Shown: positions 9,296-19,150 of the stretch, piece by piece
Layout: every line of letters begins with the position of its first letter
How positions within the stretch are numbered: the first letter of the stretch is position 1
DNA from: Glaucostegus cemiculus
Lineage: Eukaryota
Assembly: GCA_976551045.1 (NCBI GenBank)
Contig: CDPCPM010000196.1
Location: 5,146,001-5,210,000, forward strand
Length of the DNA: 64,000 nt
Reading direction: 5' to 3'
Notes under the pieces: generated by a model
Database searches by the model: none
What the model was told of the DNA's origin: nothing
What the model saw: the letters and a program-made list of their open reading frames with translations, nothing else
Program-made: the position numbers and the translations under genes

Positions 9296-12241
9296 TTAAC
9301 ATCGAGAAAGGCAATCAGCAATTACATTATCTTTGCCTTTATTGTGAATTATCGTGAGATCAAATTCTTGCAGAATTAAACTCCAGTTTAACAGCCGTCT
9401 GTTTTTGTTTTTCACTCGGCTCAGAAACACTAACGGATTATGATCTGTGTATATAATCAACGGTTTCTGAGTTGGGCAAACATACACATTGAAATGTTGT
9501 AAGGCTAAAACAAGTGAAAGCAATTCTTTCTCTATCGTAGAGTAATTTTTCTGATGCTCATTAAACTTCTTTGAAAAGTAAGCTACAGGGTGGTCAATCT
9601 CATCAAGGTCACTCTTCTGCAACAACACAGCTCCTGCAGCTTCATCACTGGCATCCACTGCTAATGAAAATGGCTTTTCAAAGTCAGGTGACTTGAGCAC
9701 AGGATAGTAACACAAAATGGTTTTTAGCTTCTCAAATGCTTCTTGACAAGAATCTGTCCAAACAAATTTCACTCCTTTCTTCAGAAGATTAGTTAAGGGA
9801 AGAGCAATATCAGCAAAATTTTTACAAAATTTCCGATAATATCCAACCATTCCCAGAAATCTTCTAACAGTCCTGATGCCTGTAGGAACAGGGAATTCAG
9901 ATATCACTTGAACTTTTGCCTGAACAGGTGCTAACTTGCCTTGACCTACAACATAACCAAGATATGTCACAGTGGCATGGCCAAATTCACTTTTAGCCAA
10001 ATTGACTGTAAGGTTAGCTTTGGAAAGTCTTTCAAACAACCTTTCTAATGCAATGATGTGATCCTCCCATGTATCATTCCCTGTCACTAGATCATCAATG
10101 TAGGCATCTGTATGTTTTAACCCATGAATCACTGAATTGATTATTCTTTGAAATGTTGCTGGGGCATTTTTCATTCCAAATGGCAAAACATTGTATTCAT
10201 ACAATCCAGAAGGGGTTGCAAAGGCAGAAATCTCCCTTCCTCTCTCTGTTAATGGAACACACCAGTACCCTTTTAGTAAATCAATCTTTGTAAGAAATTT
10301 GGCCGTCCCCACTCTATCTATGCAATCATCTACCCTTGGAATGGGGTATGCATCCGACTTTGTCACAGCATTCACTTTTCTGTAATCTGTACAAAATCTA
10401 ATGGTCCCATCAGGTTTTGGCACAATTACACAGGGCGAACTCCAGTTTGAACTGGAACGTCTGATGATGTCATTTTCTAACATATACTCAATTTCCTGAT
10501 CAACAAGTTTACTTTTATCCACATTCATTCGATATGGCTGTTGTTTGATTGGTTTTGCATCCTCAACGTCAACATCATGGGTAATTATTGACGTTCTGTT
10601 TGGCACATTGGGAAAAAGATTTTTAAATTTTAAAAGTAACTGTTTCATCTGCTGTTTCTGTGAATCTTGTAAATGGTCCAACTTTGTCTCAAGGTTCTCC
10701 AAGATATTTTGGTTTTCTAGCCTTGCTGAAATAATATTTGGTCTACATTGGCCTCCCTCATTGTCAACAACAGATGTCTCAGGGACATTCCTCACGCACT
10801 GATTCCCAACTTCAGACTTTGGCAATGGTCCAACACAATCCAAAATCACCTTTGAAAAGCGTTCACCAAAATCAGGAATGGGTTTCAGAGGAGCCACAGG
10901 GGGTTTTTGATTTGGTTTACCTACCATCTGACATGTATGACAGGTTCGACAGAACATCACCACATCTTTTCTCAAACCAGGCCAATAGAATTGTTTCAAG
11001 ATCTTCCCCACAGTTTTATTCACCCCTAAATGACCACCTAAAGGCATGCTATGGGCCAGGTTTAAAATCTCATCCCGATAAACTTTAGGAACTACTACCT
11101 GATGAATAACTTCCCACTCCTCATTCACAGGGACATGAGGCGGTCTCCATTTCCTCATTAACAATCCATCCTTGACATAATATCCAACTGGCACTTTTTC
11201 AATTTCCTCACTTGAGAGTGCTTTTTCCTTCAGTTCAGTCAGTTCAGGGTCTTTATTCTGTTCCACCATAAATTCTTTCCTTGACAAAGACAAATCTTTG
11301 TATTCAGGCCCACTACCAAAACTTTGATCCTCCAGTGAAGACAGAAAAGTGTCAGACAAATCATCATAATTTTCCTCTTGTTTAGGACTATCACAAGGAA
11401 CAATTTCAGACTGTGTAGAATTCTCGGCCTTAGCTAATTCTTTAGCTTTAGCTCGGGTTACTGCACAAGATGGATAAATGTCTGCGTCATTCTCAGATTC
11501 AGTAAAGCTTGGTTTAGTTGTTAACTGTACCACAGAAACAAATTCTTCACCTGCAAGGTCATTTCCCAATAACAAAGAAACACCCTCCACTGGTAAACTT
11601 GGTCGTATCCCTATCTCAACAGGTCCTTCCACGAACTTTGATTTTAAAATCACCTTGTGCAAAGGCACGAACATGGTATCACCTGTAACACCTCGCACTA
11701 GATTTACCTCACCAGTTTCAGTTTCCTTACCAAAATTTAAAACACTGTCCAGCAAGAGAGATTGGGAAGCTCCAGTATCTCTAAGGATTTTCACTGGTAC
11801 CTGGGGTGACCCATCCTTCAGTGAAACAAAACCTTCTGATACATATGAACGGAATTCCTCCCTCACCTCATCCAGCTTTTCAGTCTTCATCTCTAGCAAG
11901 GACTGATCTTTCACAACCTCCCCTAAACCTCTTCTACTTTCGGGTTTAATAACTTGACAACAGGCAGTTGGCACAGCTCCCTTTTCATGCTTTTTCTTCA
12001 AAACAGAACAGTCAAATTTCATATGGCCAGGCTTCTTACAGTAATAACAAAGACGCTCAGCAGGTTTCTCCAGCACTGGCTTCTTGTCATCCTTCCCTTT
12101 TGGATTATCTCCCAATTTAATCTCTGGTTTACCTGGATTGTCTCTGTAACTCCTTTGAAAGGTTTTAGGTTGTCCCCATCTGTATTTATGGGTTAAAGCA
12201 TAATCATCTGCCAACCTAGCAGTTTCTTGTAAAGTGTCCAC
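9296..12241 (-). CDS. pol: Gypsy gag-pol polyprotein part: zinc knuckle, protease, truncated integrase, RT, RNase H (981-aa open frame)
   Basis: CYYCKKPGHMKFDC; LRDTGAS (DTG at 11771-11779); AHSMPLGGH…CRTCHTC and VILDCVGPLP; KIDLLKGYW, LPFGMKNAP, YIDD (10091-10102); DASD…EKELL…TDH…NVIADCLSR. Confidence 0.93.
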   Translation of the reverse strand: MDTLQETARLADDYALTHKYRWGQPKTFQRSYRDNPGKPEIKLGDNPKGKDDKKPVLEKPAERLCYYCKKPGHMKFDCSVLKKKHEKGAVPTACCQVIKPESRRGLGEVVKDQSLLEMKTEKLDEVREEFRSYVSEGFVSLKDGSPQVPVKILRDTGASQSLLLDSVLNFGKETETGEVNLVRGVTGDTMFVPLHKVILKSKFVEGPVEIGIRPSLPVEGVSLLLGNDLAGEEFVSVVQLTTKPSFTESENDADIYPSCAVTRAKAKELAKAENSTQSEIVPCDSPKQEENYDDLSDTFLSSLEDQSFGSGPEYKDLSLSRKEFMVEQNKDPELTELKEKALSSEEIEKVPVGYYVKDGLLMRKWRPPHVPVNEEWEVIHQVVVPKVYRDEILNLAHSMPLGGHLGVNKTVGKILKQFYWPGLRKDVVMFCRTCHTCQMVGKPNQKPPVAPLKPIPDFGERFSKVILDCVGPLPKSEVGNQCVRNVPETSVVDNEGGQCRPNIISARLENQNILENLETKLDHLQDSQKQQMKQLLLKFKNLFPNVPNRTSIITHDVDVEDAKPIKQQPYRMNVDKSKLVDQEIEYMLENDIIRRSSSNWSSPCVIVPKPDGTIRFCTDYRKVNAVTKSDAYPIPRVDDCIDRVGTAKFLTKIDLLKGYWCVPLTERGREISAFATPSGLYEYNVLPFGMKNAPATFQRIINSVIHGLKHTDAYIDDLVTGNDTWEDHIIALERLFERLSKANLTVNLAKSEFGHATVTYLGYVVGQGKLAPVQAKVQVISEFPVPTGIRTVRRFLGMVGYYRKFCKNFADIALPLTNLLKKGVKFVWTDSCQEAFEKLKTILCYYPVLKSPDFEKPFSLAVDASDEAAGAVLLQKSDLDEIDHPVAYFSKKFNEHQKNYSTIEKELLSLVLALQHFNVYVCPTQKPLIIYTDHNPLVFLSRVKNKNRRLLNWSLILQEFDLTIIHNKGKDNVIADCLSRC

Positions 12242-13153
12242 ATTCTTTTCATTTAGGTATGCAGCATTTCAGCTGGTACACATCTTTTAAAGTCTTCTAT
12301 TAAAACTAATTCTGTCAATTTCTTATAATCATCAACTACATCTTTCGCCATACACCATCGTTCAAAACATATTCTCTTTCCATTGGCAAACTCCATGTAT
12401 GTTTGATCTGAAGTTTTCTTCAAGTCTCTAAACTTTTGTCTGTACGCTTCTGGTACCAACTCATACACTTTCAAGATTGCTTGTTTTACTTTTTCATAAT
12501 CAGCTGCCTCCTCCACAGACAAAGCAGAATAAGCTTTTTGAGCTTTGCCTTTAATCACACTCTGTAACATAAGAGCCCATCTCCTTTTTGGCCAATTTAA
12601 ACTCGTAGCAACCTTTTCAAAATGTTGGAAATACTGTTCAACCTGATCTTCATCAAAAGGAGGGACTAATCTAACCTCCCTACTGGCTGAAAACTCATCA
12701 TCAGAATCAGAATCTGAACTCTTTCTCTGCATTCTTAACTGATGTTTCCTTTGTTCCTCCCTCTCTTTATTTTCCAGCTCCATCCTCCTCAATTCCAACC
12801 TCTTTTTCCTCTGCCTGAGCTTCAAATTTCAATCGGTCCCTTTCTAACTCAGCATCTATCTTTCTTTGTTCCCTTTCAGCCTCTATCTTTGCTAACTGAA
12901 TTTGGGCATCAGAAATCGCTTGTTCACTGCCAGGAAATTGTTTTACTACTCCCTCTTCAAACACTTGCATCTTCACATAATGACCAGCCATTATTTTCTG
13001 GATATCTGCTTTTCTCATAGATTGTGTTACTGTCGTAAGTTTTAGCTCTGTAGCAAGAATTAATAATTCAGACTTCTTCATTCTCTGCAATCCACTTGGG
13101 GTGGGTTTTTTCATAAACACCTCCATTGCTACTGGTTTCCACACACACGCCAA
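12242..13153 (-). pseudogene. gag: Gypsy gag N-terminal/capsid (SCAN-related) region with two compensating frameshifts
   Basis: LVPPFDEDQVEQYFQHFEKVA…WPKRRWALMLQ…YELVPEAYRQKFR; +1 slip at ~12805 and -1 at ~12263; start 13153 is in frame with 12241. Confidence 0.88.
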
Positions 13154-13276
13154 TTAAGAAAATGTATTGGACCAACCCCAATGTCCAAACTCAGACCTCC
13201 AGTACCAGTCTTAAGTTTGACTGCAAACCAAATCTTTGGACTGGATCCCAGAACGACACTCATTAATCTTGGGAAG

Positions 13277-13294
13277 ATCGCGGACGAGCCCCCA
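13277..13294 (-). promoter_or_regulatory. Primer-binding site, tRNA-Pro type
   Basis: Minus strand TGGGGGCTCGTCCGCGAT, 4 nt after the 5' LTR; 17/18 match to the canonical tRNA-Pro PBS TGGGGGCTCGTCCGGGAT. Confidence 0.9.
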
Positions 13295-13298
13295 ATTT

Positions 13299-14135
13299 TG
13301 TTACGAAACCAGCAACAAAAGAAGCACACCAAGTCATACTTCAGTGTTAAATCTACTTTATTAATAACTATATCCGATAATACGTAAAATAAGAATAAAA
13401 AGTTAGTATATTAGTACACAATAAAATGTTAGAATCTTAACCCCAAAACTATAACCTCAAAACTACTCGTCGTGTATGTGCGGCAAGTTCCTAAACTCCA
13501 AGTCCAGGAATTAGGTCTTAAAGTCAGTTCAGTAAGCCGTAAGATGACACGAATAAAGGCTTCTTCACAAGCACTGTCCACCGAAGACAAAATATAGATA
13601 TAGAGAGAGATTAGAGAGGAATCACGAAATCCAAATGTTCCACTCGAAACTCAAACGACACTTCAGGGCTTACTCAGTAGTGACTTTCTCACCCTGAAAA
13701 CTCCTTGAATGTTGACTGTCCATGCAAATACCTGTGTTCTTCTACAGGTTAGCAGCAAAGTGAATTCCGTCACTTTGTTACACAGTATCTGCCACTCTGA
13801 AGAGCATCCAAAATGTGGTTGTTCACGCAAACACCTGTGTCCTTCTACAGGTTACCGACAAAGTGAACTCCACTGGACTACTCCAGAAATCTATCCACGG
13901 ATTTTAGTGACAAACACAGTTACGGTCCTTCATCCATCGACAGAAACAAAACAAGCTGCCATCTCGCCTTCTTCTCTCTTTCCATCTGTCTGTCTGTCTC
14001 TCTCTCTCTTATCTTTTTTCTTTCTTGCAATGACCTCATCACGTTAGTCCCATCTTCTGTTGACGTAATACGTTACACACACACACAATGTCCCATCTAA
14101 AAGGGATATTTGCCTAAGTAAGCTACTTCGTAACA
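13299..14135 (-). repeat. Gypsy 5' LTR
   Basis: Direct repeat of 8334-9170, offset 4965; only one substitution spotted by eye (8815 C vs 13780 A). Confidence 0.95.
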
Positions 14136-16167
14136 GATTGCAATAGCCAAAGGTTCTAAAGCAATATCGAATAATAAGGGGCTTAACGGACAACCGTGCC
14201 TAGTACCTCGAAAGAGCCTAAAAGAAGAAGATCTTTGATTATTAGTGAATACTGAAGCCATTGGTGTATAATAAATCATTTTAATCATTTAGGGCTGAAA
14301 TTAAATTTTTGAAGTGTAGTGAATAAATAATCCCATTCAACTCTGTCAAATGCTTTTTCAGCGTCTAGGGAAACAACACATTCTGGAATTTGAGATGAAG
14401 GAGTATATATAATATTCATTAATCTCCTAATATTAAAATGTAAATAACGATTCTGGATAAATACTGTCTGATCTTCAGAAATGATTTGTGGAAGAACTTT
14501 TTCCAGCCTAAGGGCCAGTAGTTTGGAAAATATTTTGAAATCTACATTTAATAAAGAGATGGGCCTGTACGATGCACAATCAGTGGGATCTTTATCCTTT
14601 TTAAGAATTAAAGAAATAGTTGCTTCATAAAAAGATTGTGGTAACTTGCCCACTGATAAAGCATCTTTAAAAATTTTGACTAACCAGGGAACAAGAATAT
14701 CCGAAAAAGTTTTAAAAATTCAACTGTATATCCATCAGGACCTGGTGCTTTACCCGATTTCATTGAAAATATCACTTTCCTTATTTCTTCTTCTAACATG
14801 GGAGCATCTAATAGAGAATGATCATTTAAAGAAAGTTGAGGAATCTTCAAACCTCTTAAAAATTCACACATTAATGTGGGATCATCAGACGATTCTGATT
14901 GATATAAAGAAGAATAAAATTCCTGAAAAGATTTATTAATTTGAACAGGATCTATCGTATAGGTACCGTCTGGTTTACGAATTTTATTAATTTGACGTTT
15001 AGATAGAGTGGCTTTCAATTGATTGGCCAATAATTTACCAGACTTATCGCCATGTATATAAAATTGACTTTTATTTTTAAGCAGTAGATTTTCAACTGAA
15101 GATGTTAATAATAAATTATGTTGTAATTGAAGCTCTGTTCTCTTCTTAAAAAGCTCAAAGTTTGAAGTATCAGAATATTTTTTTTATCAATTTCTTTAAT
15201 CTCATCAGTCAAAGTACGTATTTCATTACTCGTTCGTTTTTTTCAATCCAGCGGAATATGATATAATTTGACCACGGATATATGCTTTAAAGGTATCCCA
15301 TATTGTCCCACTAGATAATTCTTCAGTAAAATTAGTTAAAAAGAAAAATGAAATTTGTTCTTTAATAAAATGGAGAAAATCTGAGTCTTGTAATAAGGAA
15401 GGGTTGAATCGCCATTGTCTAACATCAGAGGATACAGCTGGTAATTTAATTGATAAGATCAATGGTGCATGATCAGATATAGTAATTGCATCAAATTTAC
15501 AATCCATAATAAGTGGAGCTAAACTAGTGTCAATAAAAAAATAATCAATCCTCGAATAGTTATGGTAGACATGAGAAAAAAATGAAAATTCTTTATCACA
15601 TGGATGTAAAAACCTCCAAACATCCAAAAATCCAGATTCAACTAGAAAGGAATTAATAAAAACAGCAGATTTGTTTGGAAGTGCAGGTTTTGACACAGAT
15701 TTATCCATCGAGGGGTTTAAACAACAGTTAAAGTCTCCACCCATAATCACAGTATATTCATTTAAATTAGGAAAAAATGCAAACAAATGTTTAAAAAAAT
15801 CCGGATGATCTACATTGGGTGCGTAAACATTTACCATAACAACTTTTTTGTTATGAAGCAAACCAGCAATTAATAAAAATCTACCATTTGGATCAGAAAT
15901 CGTTTCATGATGAACAAACGAAATTGAAGAATCTATAAAAATAGAGACTCCTTTCACCTTTGCTTGTGAGTTAGAATGAAACTGCTGACCCCTCCAAAAT
16001 CTAAAAAATCGTTGATTATCTTCCTTCCTAATGTGAGACTCCTGAACAAAAATAATTTGAGCATTTAATCTCTGGAAAACCTTAAAAATTTTCCTTCGTT
16101 TAATTGGGTGATTCAGCCCGTTAACGTTCCAGGAAATAAAATTAATAGTCTTATCCATTCTCAGCAC
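14136..16167 (-). pseudogene. L1 ORF2 N-terminal part: APE endonuclease and RT domains 0-4, frameshifted
   Basis: SWNVNGLN, VQESH, NVYAPN, GGDFN, SRIDYF, SDHAP; GKAPGPDG; YRPISLLNVD; SLDAEKAFDRVEW; RGTRHGCPLSPLLF; ORF breaks at ~15230, ~15180, ~14690, ~14285. Confidence 0.93.
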
Positions 16168-16719
16168 TTAAAAAAACCCATGGTACGCAAAGGGTTAAAA
16201 ATATGTCCGGGTCTCGACAGCAGGAAGGAAAATGTTCATATAGGAAACGGATATGACGACTGTTTGGAAAAAATTGCAGTTTAGCCCAGAGGAAAAAAAA
16301 GAAAAAAGACATCCCACCCCCCTCCCCCAACAGCCCAAAAACTGACCAATAGACAGCCAGTAAGCTACACTCTAATAGAAACAACCCCATATCTCTTGGT
16401 GGCAGTAGTCCAACAATATTAAAATGTAAAACAACTAGCTATTTTGACTACTCGAAACAAAGGAATGTTAAACAATATTCTAAAATTGGAACAGATCCAA
16501 AGGGCGTTACCAGCCCCTAATTAAAAAATACAGTTTAATAATTGTTTTAAAAAAAAGCAAATAATCAATCATTTGTTAAAATACTTAATTATTACAAACA
16601 AAACATTAAAAAAAAGGAAAAGTATGAATCTAAAACCTAATTAACCAGTAAGAAAAGCACTTAGTATAACATTAAAACAGTGAATTGCCAGCGGATTTCT
16701 TAACAGCCAAAATTAAGAT

Positions 16720-17507
16720 CTAAACTGACAAGAATTTCTCAGCTTCTGCAATTGATTTGAACCACCTGCGTGTTTTATCAGGTAGTATAATTCTGAGCTT
16801 TGCTGGAAATAAAAGAGCAGGATGGTAATTGCTTTGATAAAGACGAGCCATAATTGGTTTATAGGTCATCCTTTCTTTCATAACTTCTGGAGCGTAGTCT
16901 TCAACAATTCGAAACTTCCATTGTTTAAATTGAATCATTCCACGTTTACGAGCGGCACGAATCAGTTGTTCCTTGATACTAACATAGTGAAATCTCAGTA
17001 TTACTGGTCGAGGTTTTTGATCCGGAGCAGGTTTAGATCTTAATGCTCTATCAGCCCTGTCCAGAATCGGCTGGACAGGAAACATTTCAGGACCAAATAT
17101 TTCGACCAAAAGATTAGAGAAGAATTCCGTAGGGTTACCAGTCTCAGTGTTTTCCGGAAAGTTGATGATCCTTAAATTCTTCCTTCTGCTGCGTCCTTCC
17201 AAGTCGGTGATCCTCTGTTGTTGTTTTTCCAGGGTTTGCTTGGTGTATTTAAGGTTATTTCAAGCGAATGAAGTTTGGTATCTCTCTCCTTACCAGCTTG
17301 CTCAAGTTCAGCAATTAATTGTTTCTGTCTGGCGTTCTCTTCGATCAAAATATTCTGCTTCTGTTCGAAATCCCTCAGAATAGACTTCAGTTCGGCAAAG
17401 TTCTGATCAAACTTTTTCTCCAAATTAGAGATAGCTTCCAAAGTAGGCTGGTCTCCATTGTTTTTACCACCTTTACCATTAGCAGAGGCTTTAGATCTGG
17501 TGCTCAT
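16720..17507 (-). pseudogene. L1 ORF1 (coiled coil, RRM, CTD), one frameshift at ~17245
   Basis: Coiled-coil N-terminus; LEGRSRRKNLRI, RPVILRF, LLFPAKLRI motifs of fish L1 ORF1p. Confidence 0.9.
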
Positions 17508-17642
17508 TTTAACAGTTAAAAAAAAACTTACAACAGTATTGTAAAAAAAAAACTTATTAAAGGGTGGTATATAGTGGATTGAAAAGTACCTGGACCAAAG
17601 CCAAGTTGTGGCTCAGTCCATGAGCGCCACCAAGAGACTGCC

Positions 17643-17820
17643 CACAGTTTCAATGCTGTCCTGTGCTGTGTTCGGCGTGGAGATTCCATGTTCTTGCTGT
17701 AACCTCGTTGGTTCTCTCGATGATTCCTTTATTCTGCCTCATCGAAAGTCCACAGCAAATTACCCTTTATGTGCTGTTGAGTGGTATGATCTGGGTTCAG
17801 TTGATAGGAATGGGCAGATT
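17643..17820 (+). mobile_element. tRNA-derived V-SINE split by the L1 (5' part at ~6095-6132; intact at ~37610-37815 and ~57608-57813)
   Basis: GCTGCCTCACAGC…CAGTTTCAAT…GTGGAGATTCCATGTTCTCCCTGTAACC resembles the V-SINE consensus GCTGCCTCACAGCGCCAGGGACCCGGGTTCAAT…GTGGAGTTTGCACGTTCTCCC. Confidence 0.65.
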
Positions 17821-17994
17821 CATGAATGAGGGTTAGAAATTCCAATCGATTTGTGATAAATGAAGACAGTTGGAAAACAGAACCTGTGGCTTCAACGGGA
17901 TGCCGACAGTAAATACAGCTCCAGACTGCGCCTGACGAGGTGGAGAGTTAGAGAGCCTGATAATCAAAGCTTTATACACCTCAGAAAGACGCTT

Positions 17995-18160
17995 CAGGTC
18001 ATCACGCCCAGGCCTTTTCAAGTACCTCTGAATCATCTGAACAGTACCTGATCCCACCATCTCTTTTGGAAGCACATTCAAGATATCTTCCATTCTCGGT
18101 GTTAAAACAAATCCCCAAGTTCCCCTTTCAGACTCCTTCATCTGGTCAGAAACCTGTGCC
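17995..18160 (-). mobile_element. CR1 3'-end fragment
   Basis: VLTPRMEDILNVLPKEMVGSGTVQMIQRYL resembles the CR1 ORF2 C-terminus (FFTQRVV..WN.LP.EVV.A.T...FK..LD). Confidence 0.6.
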
Positions 18161-18329
18161 ATGCAGTTTGTGACAGATCCATTGTGGGATTGTCAACTGG
18201 TAGATTGTTGAAGAGAGTGGCTTGAAATTTTCTGTCATCTTTAGAGGATTTTTGTTCTAAAAGACATACATCAACATGAAAAAGCAAGGACTGGGTGGTG
18301 ATCAGTTTACTGGGAAGTCTCCTAAAATT

Positions 18330-19150
18330 CGGCATCAGGTATACAGACAACTCGCAGGATAGTTGTGACGGATTTCATCATCACTGGTATTAATTGGGAT
18401 TGAGTTGGTGTGAAATATGTAGATATTCCAAATGGAGAGATTACATTCCTGAAGGTAATCTCATGAACTGTAGCATGTGAATGAGGAAGAATATTCGGAA
18501 ATAGTCGCCATAACTCTGTAAATTCTGGAACAATCTACATCTGTTCTTGAGTAAGTCCACATCTGTCATATGGAACCTGTGAAAGAGAAGCTGATGAGGA
18601 TTCAGGACCACCATGTTGATATTGGATTAGAAAATAACGATGGCAATGTAGAAGAACCTTGGATGACAGGAGGTAAGTTAAACCGAGTCAAAAAAAAGGT
18701 ACACATTCATAAGACGAAGGAAGCTGACAAAGGACAAAGCCCATGTGGAAAATAAAAGAAACAAGAAAGATCTGGAACGAAGAATCGGGTGGCTGCAAGA
18801 GCCATAATATGTACCTGGCAAGTGGAAGTAAATAAAATTCCAGGTCATTTTAACATATATTATAAACAAGAAGATAGCCAGCGACAGAGAGGTTCAATCG
18901 AGGTCAAAGGAGTTAAATTGTGCCGGAGACAGACAAGTTAGCGAGATACCAAATGGGTGTTCAAATCTGTACTCACCATGGAGAACAATGTGGATGATAG
19001 TGGGATCAGGGAGAGGTATGTTATATTTTTGTTAATGCTGCTATTCGGAAGAAGGACGTGCTGGGTCACTTCAATGACCTTAAAGTGGATAGGTCCCCGC
19101 GGCCTGAATGTATCTCTCTCAGAATAGCGATGGAAACAAGGCAAAAGATT
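18330..19150 (+). mobile_element. Degenerate CR1 ORF2 fragment (endonuclease C-terminus to RT0); also ~38330-39150 and ~58325-59145
   Basis: EEYSEIVAITL/GNSDHN-like segment, EPWMT, LKVDRSPRP-like motif. Confidence 0.6.

Larger units (their letters stand above)
8334..14135 (-). mobile_element. Gmr1-like Gypsy/Ty3 LTR retrotransposon (5,802 bp)
   Basis: Two 837-bp LTRs TGTTACGAA…TTCGTAACA; TSD GATT (8330-8333, 14136-14139); PBS, PPT; gag then PR-IN-RT-RH. Confidence 0.95.
6133..17642 (-). mobile_element. Full-length L1-clade LINE, interrupted by a Gypsy element
   Basis: TSD CACAGTTTC at 6124-6132 and 17643-17651; empty site in copies B and C; AATAAA (6154-6159, minus) plus A-rich tail; ORF1, spacer and ORF2 present. 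Confidence 0.95.

Noticed and set aside
10191-13020. Several plus-strand ORFs (64-142 aa)
   Set aside because: Shadow frames antisense to Gypsy gag-pol
13277-13294. tRNA gene
   Set aside because: Only the 18-nt complement of a tRNA-Pro 3' end (PBS); no cloverleaf
14097-14288. ORF ending in CYEVAYLGKYPF as an L1-LTR fusion protein
   Set aside because: Read-through of L1 RT into the inserted LTR; upstream frameshifts make expression unlikely
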